Shown one piece after another: positions 49,295 through 58,540 of a stretch of 64,000 bases of DNA. The translations under genes and the position numbers were made by a program. A model generated the notes under the pieces. That model did no database searches, was not told the DNA's origin, and saw only the letters and a program-made list of their open reading frames with translations. The stretch lies in the IMG/VR virus record IMGVR_UViG_3300033066_002255; one strand, given 5' to 3'. Each line of letters opens with the position of its first letter. Within the stretch, counting starts at the first letter, position 1. Source of the DNA: a virus. Lineage: Duplodnaviria > Caudoviricetes.

Positions 49295-50104
49295 ATGAAA
49301 GACATCAGTTATAATTTTGGGGCTATCAGAGACTCAATAATGAAATTATCAGCATCTGAATTAATTAAAGAATCTTCAAGTAAAACTTTAGATTCTTTTA
49401 CTGATAGATTAAAAAATAGTTCTATCCTAAAAAAGCAACATTTAATTTTTAAAAACATACAAGAAAGTAAATCTTTTGAAAAGGAGAGATTGGCTGAAAG
49501 ATTTTTAAATCAAAATTTACAATTATTTTCTAATGAAAAATGGAATTCAATTGTAAATGAAAATAAAACTCTTAGAAAAAATTTATTAGATGACATGCAT
49601 GTAGAAGCAAAAAAGGATGAAGCTTTATTTGAATCTATTAATGTGCTAATAGAAGCTATGACAAATCCTAATTTTACAAATTTTGAAAAGGAGCAAAGTT
49701 CTTATGAATATGTTTTACAACATCTTATGAGACCAGTTATATCTGAGTCTGAAAAATCTAAAGAAACTAATGACTCTCCAGCTTTTGCTGGAAATACTTG
49801 GAAATACATAACAAAGATGGCTATTTCTAATTTTAATGAGAGATTTAAACATTTAAATGAGAATGAAAAAAAGGCTTTTAAAATTTTAACTTCTGATGCC
49901 AAAACAAAAACTAATTATTTAGAATCTTTAAGACAAGAAAATATATCAATTATTGATAAAAAAATACAAGAAGAAAAAAATGCCAAAGCTATTGATTTAT
50001 TAAATGAGTTTAGAAATAAATTAGAAAGCATAAAAAATGCTAGTCCTAATCAAATTGATGAATGTATTATTTCATGTTTAGAATTAAGTGAAGTATTAAA
50101 ATAA
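49295..50104 (+). CDS. Putative head assembly/core protein (start revised to ATG 49295)
   Basis: Helical protein upstream of the protease; TATTTAT at 49273. Confidence 0.55.
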   Translation: MKDISYNFGAIRDSIMKLSASELIKESSSKTLDSFTDRLKNSSILKKQHLIFKNIQESKSFEKERLAERFLNQNLQLFSNEKWNSIVNENKTLRKNLLDDMHVEAKKDEALFESINVLIEAMTNPNFTNFEKEQSSYEYVLQHLMRPVISESEKSKETNDSPAFAGNTWKYITKMAISNFNERFKHLNENEKKAFKILTSDAKTKTNYLESLRQENISIIDKKIQEEKNAKAIDLLNEFRNKLESIKNASPNQIDECIISCLELSEVLK

Positions 50105-50108
50105 TAAG

Positions 50109-50133
50109 AAAACCGCCGCAGAGCGGTTTTTTT
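50109..50133 (+). terminator. Intrinsic terminator
   Basis: AAAACCGC/GCGGTTTTTTT. Confidence 0.8.
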
Positions 50134-50179
50134 GTTTTTGACAAAAAAATGCTTATATTTTAAAAAAAATAAATAATTT

Positions 50180-50689
50180 ATGTCAACATATAAAAGGACT
50201 GCAAGAGAAATTAAAGTTAGTGAGAAATGTATAACTAATAAAAATATAAATGTAAAAATAGGTACTGTAGAAAATAGAGATGCTCCTAATACTATTTATG
50301 TCTTTATTAGTTTTTGGTTACAACCAAAAAAAGAATATAAAGAAAAAGAACAAGAGTATTTAAAATCTACGCTAGAAAGAGAAATCAACACAATATATTC
50401 TGAAAAATTAAAGCCATTGCTTATAAAAAGTGAAATTTTTCCAAAGGAAAATGAAAATATTTTTATAAAAAATATACCTGATAATTTAAATTATAATGAT
50501 AAAAGAAATTTTATCTCAATAGAATTATATTTACACACTTGTAATATTTTAAAGAAAGAAAAAATTCCATTAAGCGTAAAAAAGAATACTGAAATGTTTG
50601 ATGAAGCTATTACTTTAAGTAATTTAATTGGAGATTCTGATTTATTAAACAATAAATCTTTTTTTGAAATTCAAAAGAAATCATCTTAA
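50180..50689 (+). CDS. Hypothetical protein
   Basis: ORF with variant host-type promoter at 50131-50161. Confidence 0.7.
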   Translation: MSTYKRTAREIKVSEKCITNKNINVKIGTVENRDAPNTIYVFISFWLQPKKEYKEKEQEYLKSTLEREINTIYSEKLKPLLIKSEIFPKENENIFIKNIPDNLNYNDKRNFISIELYLHTCNILKKEKIPLSVKKNTEMFDEAITLSNLIGDSDLLNNKSFFEIQKKSS

Positions 50690-50730
50690 AATATAAAAAA
50701 AAGAGGTATTTATTTAAAAAACAAATACCT

Positions 50731-51453
50731 ATGAGTTCAAAAAAAGTTACAATTTCTGAATTAAAAAATTATATTATTTCAGAAGCTAAAAAATTATATG
50801 ATTTAGAAATCTTAAAAGAGGAAAAGCGTAAAATTGAAAAAGCTTTATCTGAAATTGATAAAAGAGCTATGAATGCTGCCAAGCAAGATATAGAAAAAGA
50901 TGGCGGTAAATTTGAACCTCTTGGTAAAAATAAATTTGAAAAAAACATTGACAAAAAAGAGCTTAAAAAAGCTATGAGTCCTGAAAAAATGGAAGAAAAA
51001 GTTAATCCTTGGGCTGTTTGTCATGCTTCTACTGGTCCTGAAAAAGATAAAAAATTTGAAAAATGTGTAATGGATGTAAAAAAGAAAGAACACATAAAAG
51101 AAGAAACTCCTTCTGCAGGGCTATCTAAAAAACAAAAATCTGATGTTGTTAAAAGTACTAAATCTGGTGAAGATATTGGAAATAAAGGTAAAGGATTTAA
51201 AGATGTTGCAGCAAAAGCAGAAAAAGAATATGGAAGCAAAGAAAAGGGAGAAAAAGTAGCAGCAGCTTCAATGTGGAAAAATATAAAACGTGAGTCCGAC
51301 AATGATTCAGAGTTTAAAAAATTTAAATTTAAAATTAAACATGATAAAGGATATATAAATATTAGTACTACTGCTACTGATTTAGAGACTGCAAAAAAGA
51401 AAATAATGAATGCAGAAGGTTGCCCAGAAAGTGCTTTAACATATTTAGGTTAA
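50731..51453 (+). CDS. Basic, modular putative internal head protein
   Basis: KVTISELKNYIISEA tag; modules separated by xxE sites. Confidence 0.65.
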   Translation: MSSKKVTISELKNYIISEAKKLYDLEILKEEKRKIEKALSEIDKRAMNAAKQDIEKDGGKFEPLGKNKFEKNIDKKELKKAMSPEKMEEKVNPWAVCHASTGPEKDKKFEKCVMDVKKKEHIKEETPSAGLSKKQKSDVVKSTKSGEDIGNKGKGFKDVAAKAEKEYGSKEKGEKVAAASMWKNIKRESDNDSEFKKFKFKIKHDKGYINISTTATDLETAKKKIMNAEGCPESALTYLG

Positions 51454-51475
51454 TATATAAATTAAAATTTTAGAG

Positions 51476-51504
51476 AAAACCCTTGAATTTTCAAGGGTTT
51501 TTTT
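51476..51504 (+). terminator. Intrinsic terminator
   Basis: AAAACCCTTGAA/TTCAAGGGTTTT. Confidence 0.85.
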
Positions 51505-51558
51505 ATTGTCGTTTAGAAAACAAAAAAAAGTTTATTATTTATAATAAATTAATTATCA

Positions 51559-52227
51559 ATGATAAACGATTCAAAATACATTATACGTGAGTTTTACGCT
51601 TTCAATGCAAACCCTCAATTAATTAAAGAGGCAGAAGAAAGAGGTAAACCATTAGTTATGACTGGTATATTGCAGAAAGCAGATACAGTAAATAGAAACG
51701 GTAGAATTTACCCATTCAATATTCTTAAACGTGAAGTTGATAAATACATGGAGCTTGTAGAAAACAATACTGCAGGTGGTGAATTAGACCACCCTGATAG
51801 TGCTGTTGTTTCTTTAGCTAATGTATCACATAGAGTTATTGATATGTGGTGGCAAGGAACTGACCTTTATGGAAAAGTTTTAGTAGCTGAAGATGTAGAA
51901 GCTGGAAAAAAATTAAAAGGTTTATTAAAAGCTGGATTTACTTTAGGAATTTCTTCAAGAGGTGTTGGTTCAGTTAAAAGTCAAGGAGGAAAAGATATTG
52001 TACAAGAAGATTTTGAATTAATTGCATTTGACTTTGTATCATCTCCTTCAACTCCTGGAGCTTATTTATTTAAAGAAGGTAAAGAAGTATTTACTCGTGG
52101 AATGGTTCCTTTAAAGGCTGAACACTATAGTTTTATTACTCCAAAAGGAGAAGAATTAAATGAAGAATACGAAAAGTATACAAAATTATTTGAATTAAGT
52201 AATAAAGATTTTTGGAAAAATCTTTAA
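51559..52227 (+). CDS. Prohead core protease (T4 gp21-like)
   Basis: NRNGRIYP, GELDHP, VSH, GISSRGVGS, FDFVSSPSTPGAY. Confidence 0.95.
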   Translation: MINDSKYIIREFYAFNANPQLIKEAEERGKPLVMTGILQKADTVNRNGRIYPFNILKREVDKYMELVENNTAGGELDHPDSAVVSLANVSHRVIDMWWQGTDLYGKVLVAEDVEAGKKLKGLLKAGFTLGISSRGVGSVKSQGGKDIVQEDFELIAFDFVSSPSTPGAYLFKEGKEVFTRGMVPLKAEHYSFITPKGEELNEEYEKYTKLFELSNKDFWKNL

Positions 52228-52290
52228 AAAAATGCATATAATTTCAAATTTATCAATTTTCATAATATTTATTAACAAACATCTCAGAAA

Positions 52291-53733
52291 ATGAGCGAAA
52301 AAAACAAAAAAACTCCACTTGAAGAAGCAGTCTTAAATTATGCAGAGATACAAAAATTTGCAGAAGAACATGCTGCTGCTCAATTAAAGGAGCAAGTTTC
52401 TGAAAAAATTAAAGAAATTTTTGAAGATAAATTAAACGAAGAAATTACTATTACTATTTCTAATGATGGTGAAAATGTTGAAGTTGCTAAAGACGGAGAT
52501 GTAATGTCATCAATGAATGATTTAGATAATAATATTGAAAACGGTTCAGAAGAAATGGGTCTTGAATCTCCCGAAGATAAAAATTCAGATGATGATTTAG
52601 ATTCAGATGAATTTATAGTTTCAGATGAAAATGATGAGATTTCTCTTGAAGAAGAAACTATGGAAGAAACAATTCAAAATACAAATATGGAAGAAATGAA
52701 TAAAATTACAATGGAAGATGCAGCAGCACAACCAGCAGCAGCAACAACACAAACAGCTGCTCCAGTAGCAGATGCAACAGCAGCTCCAGCAGTAGACGCA
52801 GCAGCTCCAGTAGATGGAACAGAAACAGCAGCAACACCTGAAGAAGCTATGCCAGAATTGTTATCAAAACTTGATACATTAATTAATGTATTATTACAAC
52901 AACAAGGTGCAGCACCTGAAAATGATGCAGCTACAGCAGGAGAAGATGGAGAATTTGAAGTAATTGATGATGAAGCAGGCGCAACAGCTCCAGCAGGTCC
53001 AGTAGCAGATGCAACAGCAACTCCAGCTCCAGCACCAATGCAAGAAGAAGAAATTGAAATAGTTGATTTTGATGGAGATAAAGAACATGAAAATTTCATT
53101 GATGAAATGGAAAATGAAATGTTAGAAATTGTTGATGAAGATGAAGTGCCTATGGAAGGTATGTCAATGGAAGAAACAAGAGGTCTTAGCTTTACATCAA
53201 AAAGAACAGGAGACAAAACTCTTAAAATGGATACAATGAAAGATGAAAAAGGTCATCATGCACCTGTAACATCTTTAAAAGAAAATAAAGCTCAACAAGA
53301 GTCTAAAGTAGACGAGCTCATTAAGGAAAACGTTGGTTTAAAAAACACGGTTAAAGAACTTCAAAAAGATAAAAAAGATTTTGAGGTAGCTTTTATCGAA
53401 CTCAGAAAACAGTTTAACGAAATGCAAAATTTTAATGGAAAGTTAGCATTAGTAAACAGAGTGTTAATGAATGGTGGACTTACAACAGAGGAAAAAGTAA
53501 GAATCTGTGAACAATTTGACCAAGCAGCAACATTTGATGAAGCAAATAAACTTTTTAAAACTATTATGAAAGAAAGCACTCACAAGGTTGCTGCAAACAC
53601 AGTAGATAAATTAAAAGGAGCTTCTACTAATACTATAAAACCTAGAAGTACATCAGAGCCTCTTTACGAAAGTGTAGAAGCAAAAAGATTAAAAAGACTT
53701 GCGGGAATCGGTAAAACTGAAGAAGAGAACTAA
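52291..53733 (+). CDS. Prohead scaffold protein (gp22-like position)
   Basis: Between protease and capsid genes; acidic, Ala/Pro-rich linker, coiled coil, C-terminal KRLKRLAGI. Confidence 0.8.
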   Translation: MSEKNKKTPLEEAVLNYAEIQKFAEEHAAAQLKEQVSEKIKEIFEDKLNEEITITISNDGENVEVAKDGDVMSSMNDLDNNIENGSEEMGLESPEDKNSDDDLDSDEFIVSDENDEISLEEETMEETIQNTNMEEMNKITMEDAAAQPAAATTQTAAPVADATAAPAVDAAAPVDGTETAATPEEAMPELLSKLDTLINVLLQQQGAAPENDAATAGEDGEFEVIDDEAGATAPAGPVADATATPAPAPMQEEEIEIVDFDGDKEHENFIDEMENEMLEIVDEDEVPMEGMSMEETRGLSFTSKRTGDKTLKMDTMKDEKGHHAPVTSLKENKAQQESKVDELIKENVGLKNTVKELQKDKKDFEVAFIELRKQFNEMQNFNGKLALVNRVLMNGGLTTEEKVRICEQFDQAATFDEANKLFKTIMKESTHKVAANTVDKLKGASTNTIKPRSTSEPLYESVEAKRLKRLAGIGKTEEEN

Positions 53734-53821
53734 AAAAAATAAAAAAAAATAGTAAAAAATTAGAAAAAGAAAAATTTAATACTATTTATTATTAACAATT
53801 TAAAAACCAAAAAAAAACACA

Positions 53822-55480
53822 ATGAGTGAATTATTAAATAGCGGTAAGGTTGGTCTTACAATTTTCAAAACATTAGCAGAGCAAAGAACTGCTATCATGA
53901 ACAACTGGAAAGATTCTGGTTTGTTAGAAGGTTTGAAAGGAATGAAGAAATCTAACATCGCTCAGCTTTTAGAAAGCCAAGCACAATCAATGTTAAACGA
54001 GGTTACTCTTGATTCTTCTGCAGGAAGATTTGATACAGTAGCATTCCCAATCGTAAGAAGAGTTTTCTCAAGATTGTTAGCAAACGAGATTGTTTCAGTA
54101 CAACCTCTTGCTTTACCTTCTGGATTATTATTCTACATGGATGCGAGAGTATCTTTCAATGGAACTGATACAACATTTAACAACCCAGTATATCCTAACT
54201 TCCCTGATAACTCAGGTGCAGGTTCTTATAGCAAAGTAGCGCCAGCTAACACTGCTAACGGACAAGCTGGTCCAGTATTCGCAGATACAACTGCATACGA
54301 AAGATTCTATAACAACAGAGGTTTCGACTTATCATTTGGTACAGGTGAAACTGCAATGGGTACAACTAATGGTGCTCTTGCAAGTACTTGGACAGGTGGT
54401 ATCAAAGCGTTAAACTTCGCTTTAGGTACAGGATTTAACGTATCAAAACAACAATCATCAGCATCTTTATATTTATCTGCTGTAACAGCGATTTATTATT
54501 CAGGTTCTAACGGTAATACTCTTATCGTAGCAGCTGGTGGAAGAGTACCTTTCTACTCTCAAATCCAAACTTGGACTCAAGACCAATTCGCTAATAACGA
54601 ATTAGATGCAGTAGTTGACTTAAGAGTTAACGGTGTATATGGTTCTGATTTCAATCCAGCGATGTTAAACAACGGTGCTGGTACATTTGGAGCATCTTAC
54701 ACAATCAATATGGTTCCTGCTTACCAAGTTTATAATGACCTTGAAGCAAAATCAGAAATGGGAGAAATCACAATCAGATTCTCAAGTGTAACTGTAAATA
54801 CAATTACAAGAAAATTAAGAGCACACTGGACTCCAGAATTAGCTCAAGATTTAGAAGCTTACCATTCAATTGATGCTGAAGCTGAATTAACAGCTTTATT
54901 ATCTGAGCACATTGCTGCTGAGATTGATAGAGAAATCATCATCGAATTAATTAATGGTGCTCCTTTCAGAGCTAGATGGGATTACAAAGGGTTATCTAAC
55001 AATGCTAACTTCTTCGGTACTCAAAAAGACTGGAACCAAACTTTAATCACAAGAATTAACGAGATTTCTGCGCAAATCCACAAGGCTACTTTAAGAGGTG
55101 GTGCTAACTGGGTAGTTTGTTCTGCTGAAGCTGGTGCAATCTTCGATGATTTAGAATACTTCCACGTGGATGGTTCTGCTCAACCAGAGTCTGAAAAATA
55201 TAACTTAGGTGTTGAAAAAATTGGTAACTTAGGTTCAAGATATGTGGTTTACAAAGACCCTTATTTACCTGCGCCAATCGTATTAATCGGTCACAAAGGT
55301 TCTACCTTCTTAGAGGCTGGTTTCATCTACGCACCTTATATTCCACTTCAGTTAACTCAAACAATCTATGACCCTAACGATTTAACACCAAGAAAAGGTA
55401 TTATGACTCGTTACGCTAAGAAGATGGTTAACAACAGATTCTACGGTGTTATCTACATTGATAATATCAATACTTACTAA
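53822..55480 (+). CDS. Major capsid protein (T4 gp23-like)
   Basis: FPIVRRVF..L.A.EIVSVQP...PSGLLFY, TRKLRA.WTPELAQDL.AYH.IDAEAEL, YAPYIPL, P.KGIMTRY. Confidence 0.97.
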   Translation: MSELLNSGKVGLTIFKTLAEQRTAIMNNWKDSGLLEGLKGMKKSNIAQLLESQAQSMLNEVTLDSSAGRFDTVAFPIVRRVFSRLLANEIVSVQPLALPSGLLFYMDARVSFNGTDTTFNNPVYPNFPDNSGAGSYSKVAPANTANGQAGPVFADTTAYERFYNNRGFDLSFGTGETAMGTTNGALASTWTGGIKALNFALGTGFNVSKQQSSASLYLSAVTAIYYSGSNGNTLIVAAGGRVPFYSQIQTWTQDQFANNELDAVVDLRVNGVYGSDFNPAMLNNGAGTFGASYTINMVPAYQVYNDLEAKSEMGEITIRFSSVTVNTITRKLRAHWTPELAQDLEAYHSIDAEAELTALLSEHIAAEIDREIIIELINGAPFRARWDYKGLSNNANFFGTQKDWNQTLITRINEISAQIHKATLRGGANWVVCSAEAGAIFDDLEYFHVDGSAQPESEKYNLGVEKIGNLGSRYVVYKDPYLPAPIVLIGHKGSTFLEAGFIYAPYIPLQLTQTIYDPNDLTPRKGIMTRYAKKMVNNRFYGVIYIDNINTY

Positions 55481-55501
55481 TCGAAAGATAAAGTATATAA
55501 T

Positions 55502-55531
55502 AAAAAGAGAGCTCAAAAGGCTCTCTTTTTT
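55502..55531. terminator. Bidirectional terminator after capsid gene
   Basis: AAAAAGAGAGC/GCTCTCTTTTT. Confidence 0.85.
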
Positions 55532-55568
55532 ATTTTATTGGATATCCAACTATTTTACAATTTTTATC

Positions 55569-55796
55569 TTATTTAGTATTTTTTTCATCTTGCTTTATTA
55601 CTTGATAAGTTGTATAAGGATAAGTAATACCTGAAAATGTTTTAGTTTCATCGCATTTTTCTGGATTATTACAAAAGTGAGGATATTGCGCTGGATATGT
55701 CATTAAAACATTGCCAGATGGCCTCATTTTTCCTATACCACACTTATCACAAGTATAATCTACTTGAATAGTTTTTACCTCTTCTTTAATTTCCAT
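55569..55796 (-). CDS. Small zinc-ribbon protein
   Basis: CDKC...HFCNNPEKC. Confidence 0.7.
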   Translation of the reverse strand: MEIKEEVKTIQVDYTCDKCGIGKMRPSGNVLMTYPAQYPHFCNNPEKCDETKTFSGITYPYTTYQVIKQDEKNTK

Positions 55797-56368
55797 TATT
55801 TATCTTTTTGTTCTTTAAGTAATTTACTTATTAACTCTGTATTAGTAATAAACTCATCTCTTACTTTTAAGTTTTTATTGATTTCATCTTCAAAACGAAT
55901 TCTTTTTATAGAAACAAAATTAGAATAAGCATCAATCAAATCTCTTTTCCATTTTTTTATATCTAACGTATAAAACCTAAAACCCATATGGCCATGTAGA
56001 TAACAAGGCATTTTAAAGGCGAATTCAGGAACATGCATTCCATAAATTCCAGCTGGATATTCATCATGGCTAATAGAAACATTTATGTGTCTATCATTTT
56101 TTTCACCCTTTTCAACAATATTAAAAGCAGAAATATAGCATTTTAAGACACGATAGCCCTCTGGAAATTCAGCTGTAATTGGATATGGCTCAATACTAAA
56201 TATTGAATCACCTTTTTCAAGGTCTTCAAATTTCTTTTTAAGAGGTAATTTTTTCTTTTTTTGAATAATCATTTTTTCCTCTTCTTTCTCAATATATTTA
56301 AGCCTATCTTGACATTGTTTTATGAGTGATTCCGCCTCATATTTATTAAGCTTTTTTACACTTTTCAT
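55796..56368 (-). CDS. Hypothetical protein
   Basis: ORF in minus-strand cassette. Confidence 0.65.
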   Translation of the reverse strand: MKSVKKLNKYEAESLIKQCQDRLKYIEKEEEKMIIQKKKKLPLKKKFEDLEKGDSIFSIEPYPITAEFPEGYRVLKCYISAFNIVEKGEKNDRHINVSISHDEYPAGIYGMHVPEFAFKMPCYLHGHMGFRFYTLDIKKWKRDLIDAYSNFVSIKRIRFEDEINKNLKVRDEFITNTELISKLLKEQKDK

Positions 56369-56407
56369 ATTCTTATTCGAAGATTTTTACTTTTATGTAA
56401 ACCATAA

Positions 56408-56947
56408 TTAATATTCTGCTAATGAAAATATATTTTCTGAATACGGTTTAAGTTTTTCAGCACCATTAAGAAAGCTAAGCCCAACCATAAAATAAAAACC
56501 TGATATATTTCCCCCTTGACGTTTAATTAATTCAGCTGTAGCAGCTGCAGTTCCTCCAGTAGCCAATAAATCATCATGAATTAATACATTCATACCAGGC
56601 TCAATTGCGTCTTCATTCATTTCAATTTTACTTGACCCATATTCAAGGTCATATTCAATACTAACTGTTTTAAAAGGAAGTTTTCCTGGCTTTCTAATGG
56701 GTATAAATGGTACTCTTAATTTATTAGCTAAAAGAAAACCAAAGAAAAAACCACGACTTTCTGCTCCAGCAATAGCATCTACTTTAATACCTTTATTCAA
56801 TATTTCAAGATATAACTGAGAAACAATGGCCTCACATAATTCAGCATCTTTTAAAACTGGAGTAATATCCTTAAATAAAATCCCTGGTTTAGGAAAATCT
56901 TGTACATCTCTTATTGTTTCTTTAACTCTTTTTTGAAGTTCTTTCAT
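56408..56947 (-). CDS. apt: Adenine phosphoribosyltransferase
   Basis: DFPKPGILFKDITP, ESRGF, RKPGKLP, YDLEYG, HDDLLATGGT. Confidence 0.95.
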   Translation of the reverse strand: MKELQKRVKETIRDVQDFPKPGILFKDITPVLKDAELCEAIVSQLYLEILNKGIKVDAIAGAESRGFFFGFLLANKLRVPFIPIRKPGKLPFKTVSIEYDLEYGSSKIEMNEDAIEPGMNVLIHDDLLATGGTAAATAELIKRQGGNISGFYFMVGLSFLNGAEKLKPYSENIFSLAEY

Positions 56948-57473
56948 TTTGTTCTTTTATTTGTCTTGTTAATTCATAAAATCTTGATAAGAATTTAGCT
57001 TTAGCTTCTTCTTGAGACCAATAAGTAAATTCTAATTTTTGATTTACATGAAATCTTTCATATTCATATTGAAGTAACTCATAATCTACCTTATGAACTC
57101 TTTCTGTAAGAGGATAGGTAAGATTATATTTTTTAAATATAATACTCAATAGATTTTCCTCGATTTCAACATATTGAGGAATTTGCATTTTAATCGGTTT
57201 AGGTAAATCAATTAAATAAGCTTCTGAAGCATCATGCATCAATAATTCTAATTGTTCTTGAATAGTCTTGCCTTTTAAAGAACATAAAACTGAATGTTGA
57301 GCTACAGAGTAAAATTTAGGACAATGACCTCCATATCTACAAAGCATTGATAAAGCATGTGCTATATCATCTATTTTAATATCCTCTTCCTTTGGGGCGA
57401 AGACATCAAATAAAACTCCTGAACGAACTAAGATAGCTCTTGGGTTTAATTTTTTAGCCTCTAATAATTTCAT
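56922..57473 (-). CDS. HD-domain 5'-deoxynucleotidase (YfbR/YfdR-like)
   Basis: DIAHALS..CRYGGH...YSVAQHS, LMHDASEAY..D. Confidence 0.85.
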   Translation of the reverse strand: MKLLEAKKLNPRAILVRSGVLFDVFAPKEEDIKIDDIAHALSMLCRYGGHCPKFYSVAQHSVLCSLKGKTIQEQLELLMHDASEAYLIDLPKPIKMQIPQYVEIEENLLSIIFKKYNLTYPLTERVHKVDYELLQYEYERFHVNQKLEFTYWSQEEAKAKFLSRFYELTRQIKEQNERTSKKS

Positions 57474-57492
57474 AAGCTATGTGTTTGAATAA

Positions 57493-57524
57493 CAAAAGTA
57501 TAAATTTATTTTGATATATGCAAA
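57493..57524 (-). promoter_or_regulatory. Bacteroidota primary-sigma promoter
   Basis: TTTG-N20-TACTTTTG upstream of the HD/apt operon. Confidence 0.8.
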
Positions 57525-57561
57525 AAGAGTTGTTTTTTTTTGTTATTTATATATAAAAACA

Positions 57562-58224
57562 ATGGATATCAGGCTAATAATAAGGGAAGAACTTGAAAAA
57601 ATTATGAGTCCAAAGACTTCAGAAGAAGTTTTTGATAGAGATATTTCATATATAAAAGGTTTTAAACTTTTAAAAAAAGAATCTAAAAACAATTCTGATA
57701 TATGGGTTTTTGAACATAGAACAAAAGATTATTTTATAAGATTTTATTTACATAAAAATAAATCTAGTAGAGAATGGACGGGCAAAATATTTGTTTATTG
57801 GAAAGAATATTCTCCTGATTTTACAAGTGCAAAAGGAAAAGATTTTGAATATGCTTTTGGTCCATTTAATTCATATAAAGAAATGATTTTTAATTTAAAT
57901 AATAAATTAAAAAACAATCCTTTATTCTCAAAAGAGATTTATTTAGATGATACAGAAACACAATTCGATAATGATTCTATAGAAATGCTAAAAAGATTAA
58001 TATCAATAAAAGATAAACTTTATAAAGTAAAAGATAAAAAATTTAATAAATTAAAAAAAATATATAATAAAATACACAACTTTAAAGATGATGTTCAATT
58101 TAAAGAATTTTTAAATAAAGAATACCCAAAAGAAGAAGATAAACAAACTTTATTAATTATACTTCAAGAAATTCATCAAATAGATTTTTACTTACATAAA
58201 GAAGACTTAGAAGGTTTATTTTAA
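57562..58224 (+). CDS. Hypothetical late protein with tag (start revised to ATG 57562)
   Basis: MDIRLIIREELEKIM; TATTTAT at 57544. Confidence 0.7.
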   Translation: MDIRLIIREELEKIMSPKTSEEVFDRDISYIKGFKLLKKESKNNSDIWVFEHRTKDYFIRFYLHKNKSSREWTGKIFVYWKEYSPDFTSAKGKDFEYAFGPFNSYKEMIFNLNNKLKNNPLFSKEIYLDDTETQFDNDSIEMLKRLISIKDKLYKVKDKKFNKLKKIYNKIHNFKDDVQFKEFLNKEYPKEEDKQTLLIILQEIHQIDFYLHKEDLEGLF

Positions 58225-58243
58225 CTATTTATAAATAAAAAAT

Positions 58244-58531
58244 ATGGCATTTCACAACGTAAATTACACAATGGTACCACTAACAGGTGGAACTTATACA
58301 TTAGGAGACTTAGGGAATAGTATAACAGCATCTACAGTGCATGAAGTTTACTGTATTAGTGCAGGAACAATTTCAATTACTGCATTTGGAGGAGGTACTG
58401 CAACTTTACCAATGACATCTGGACAAAGCATAAAAGTTATGCTTGGTAGTTGTACTGTAGTTTCAGGAGCTTATGTAGGATTCAAAACAAAATTTGATTC
58501 TTCTGGAATTGGTAGAATTCAATTTTCATAA
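58244..58531 (+). CDS. Small beta-rich putative structural protein
   Basis: Thr/Gly/Ser-rich; in neck operon. Confidence 0.55.
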   Translation: MAFHNVNYTMVPLTGGTYTLGDLGNSITASTVHEVYCISAGTISITAFGGGTATLPMTSGQSIKVMLGSCTVVSGAYVGFKTKFDSSGIGRIQFS

Positions 58532-58540
58532 AAATAAAAA

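Noticed and set aside
52762-53019. Direct repeat CCAGTAGCAGATGCAACAGCA in the scaffold gene
   Set aside because: Explained by the low-complexity PVADATA linker
56408-57473. 2-aminoadenine (Z-genome) pathway suggested by the HD hydrolase and adenine enzyme
   Set aside because: No purZ or mazZ in the window; the HD protein fits the generic YfbR/YfdR type
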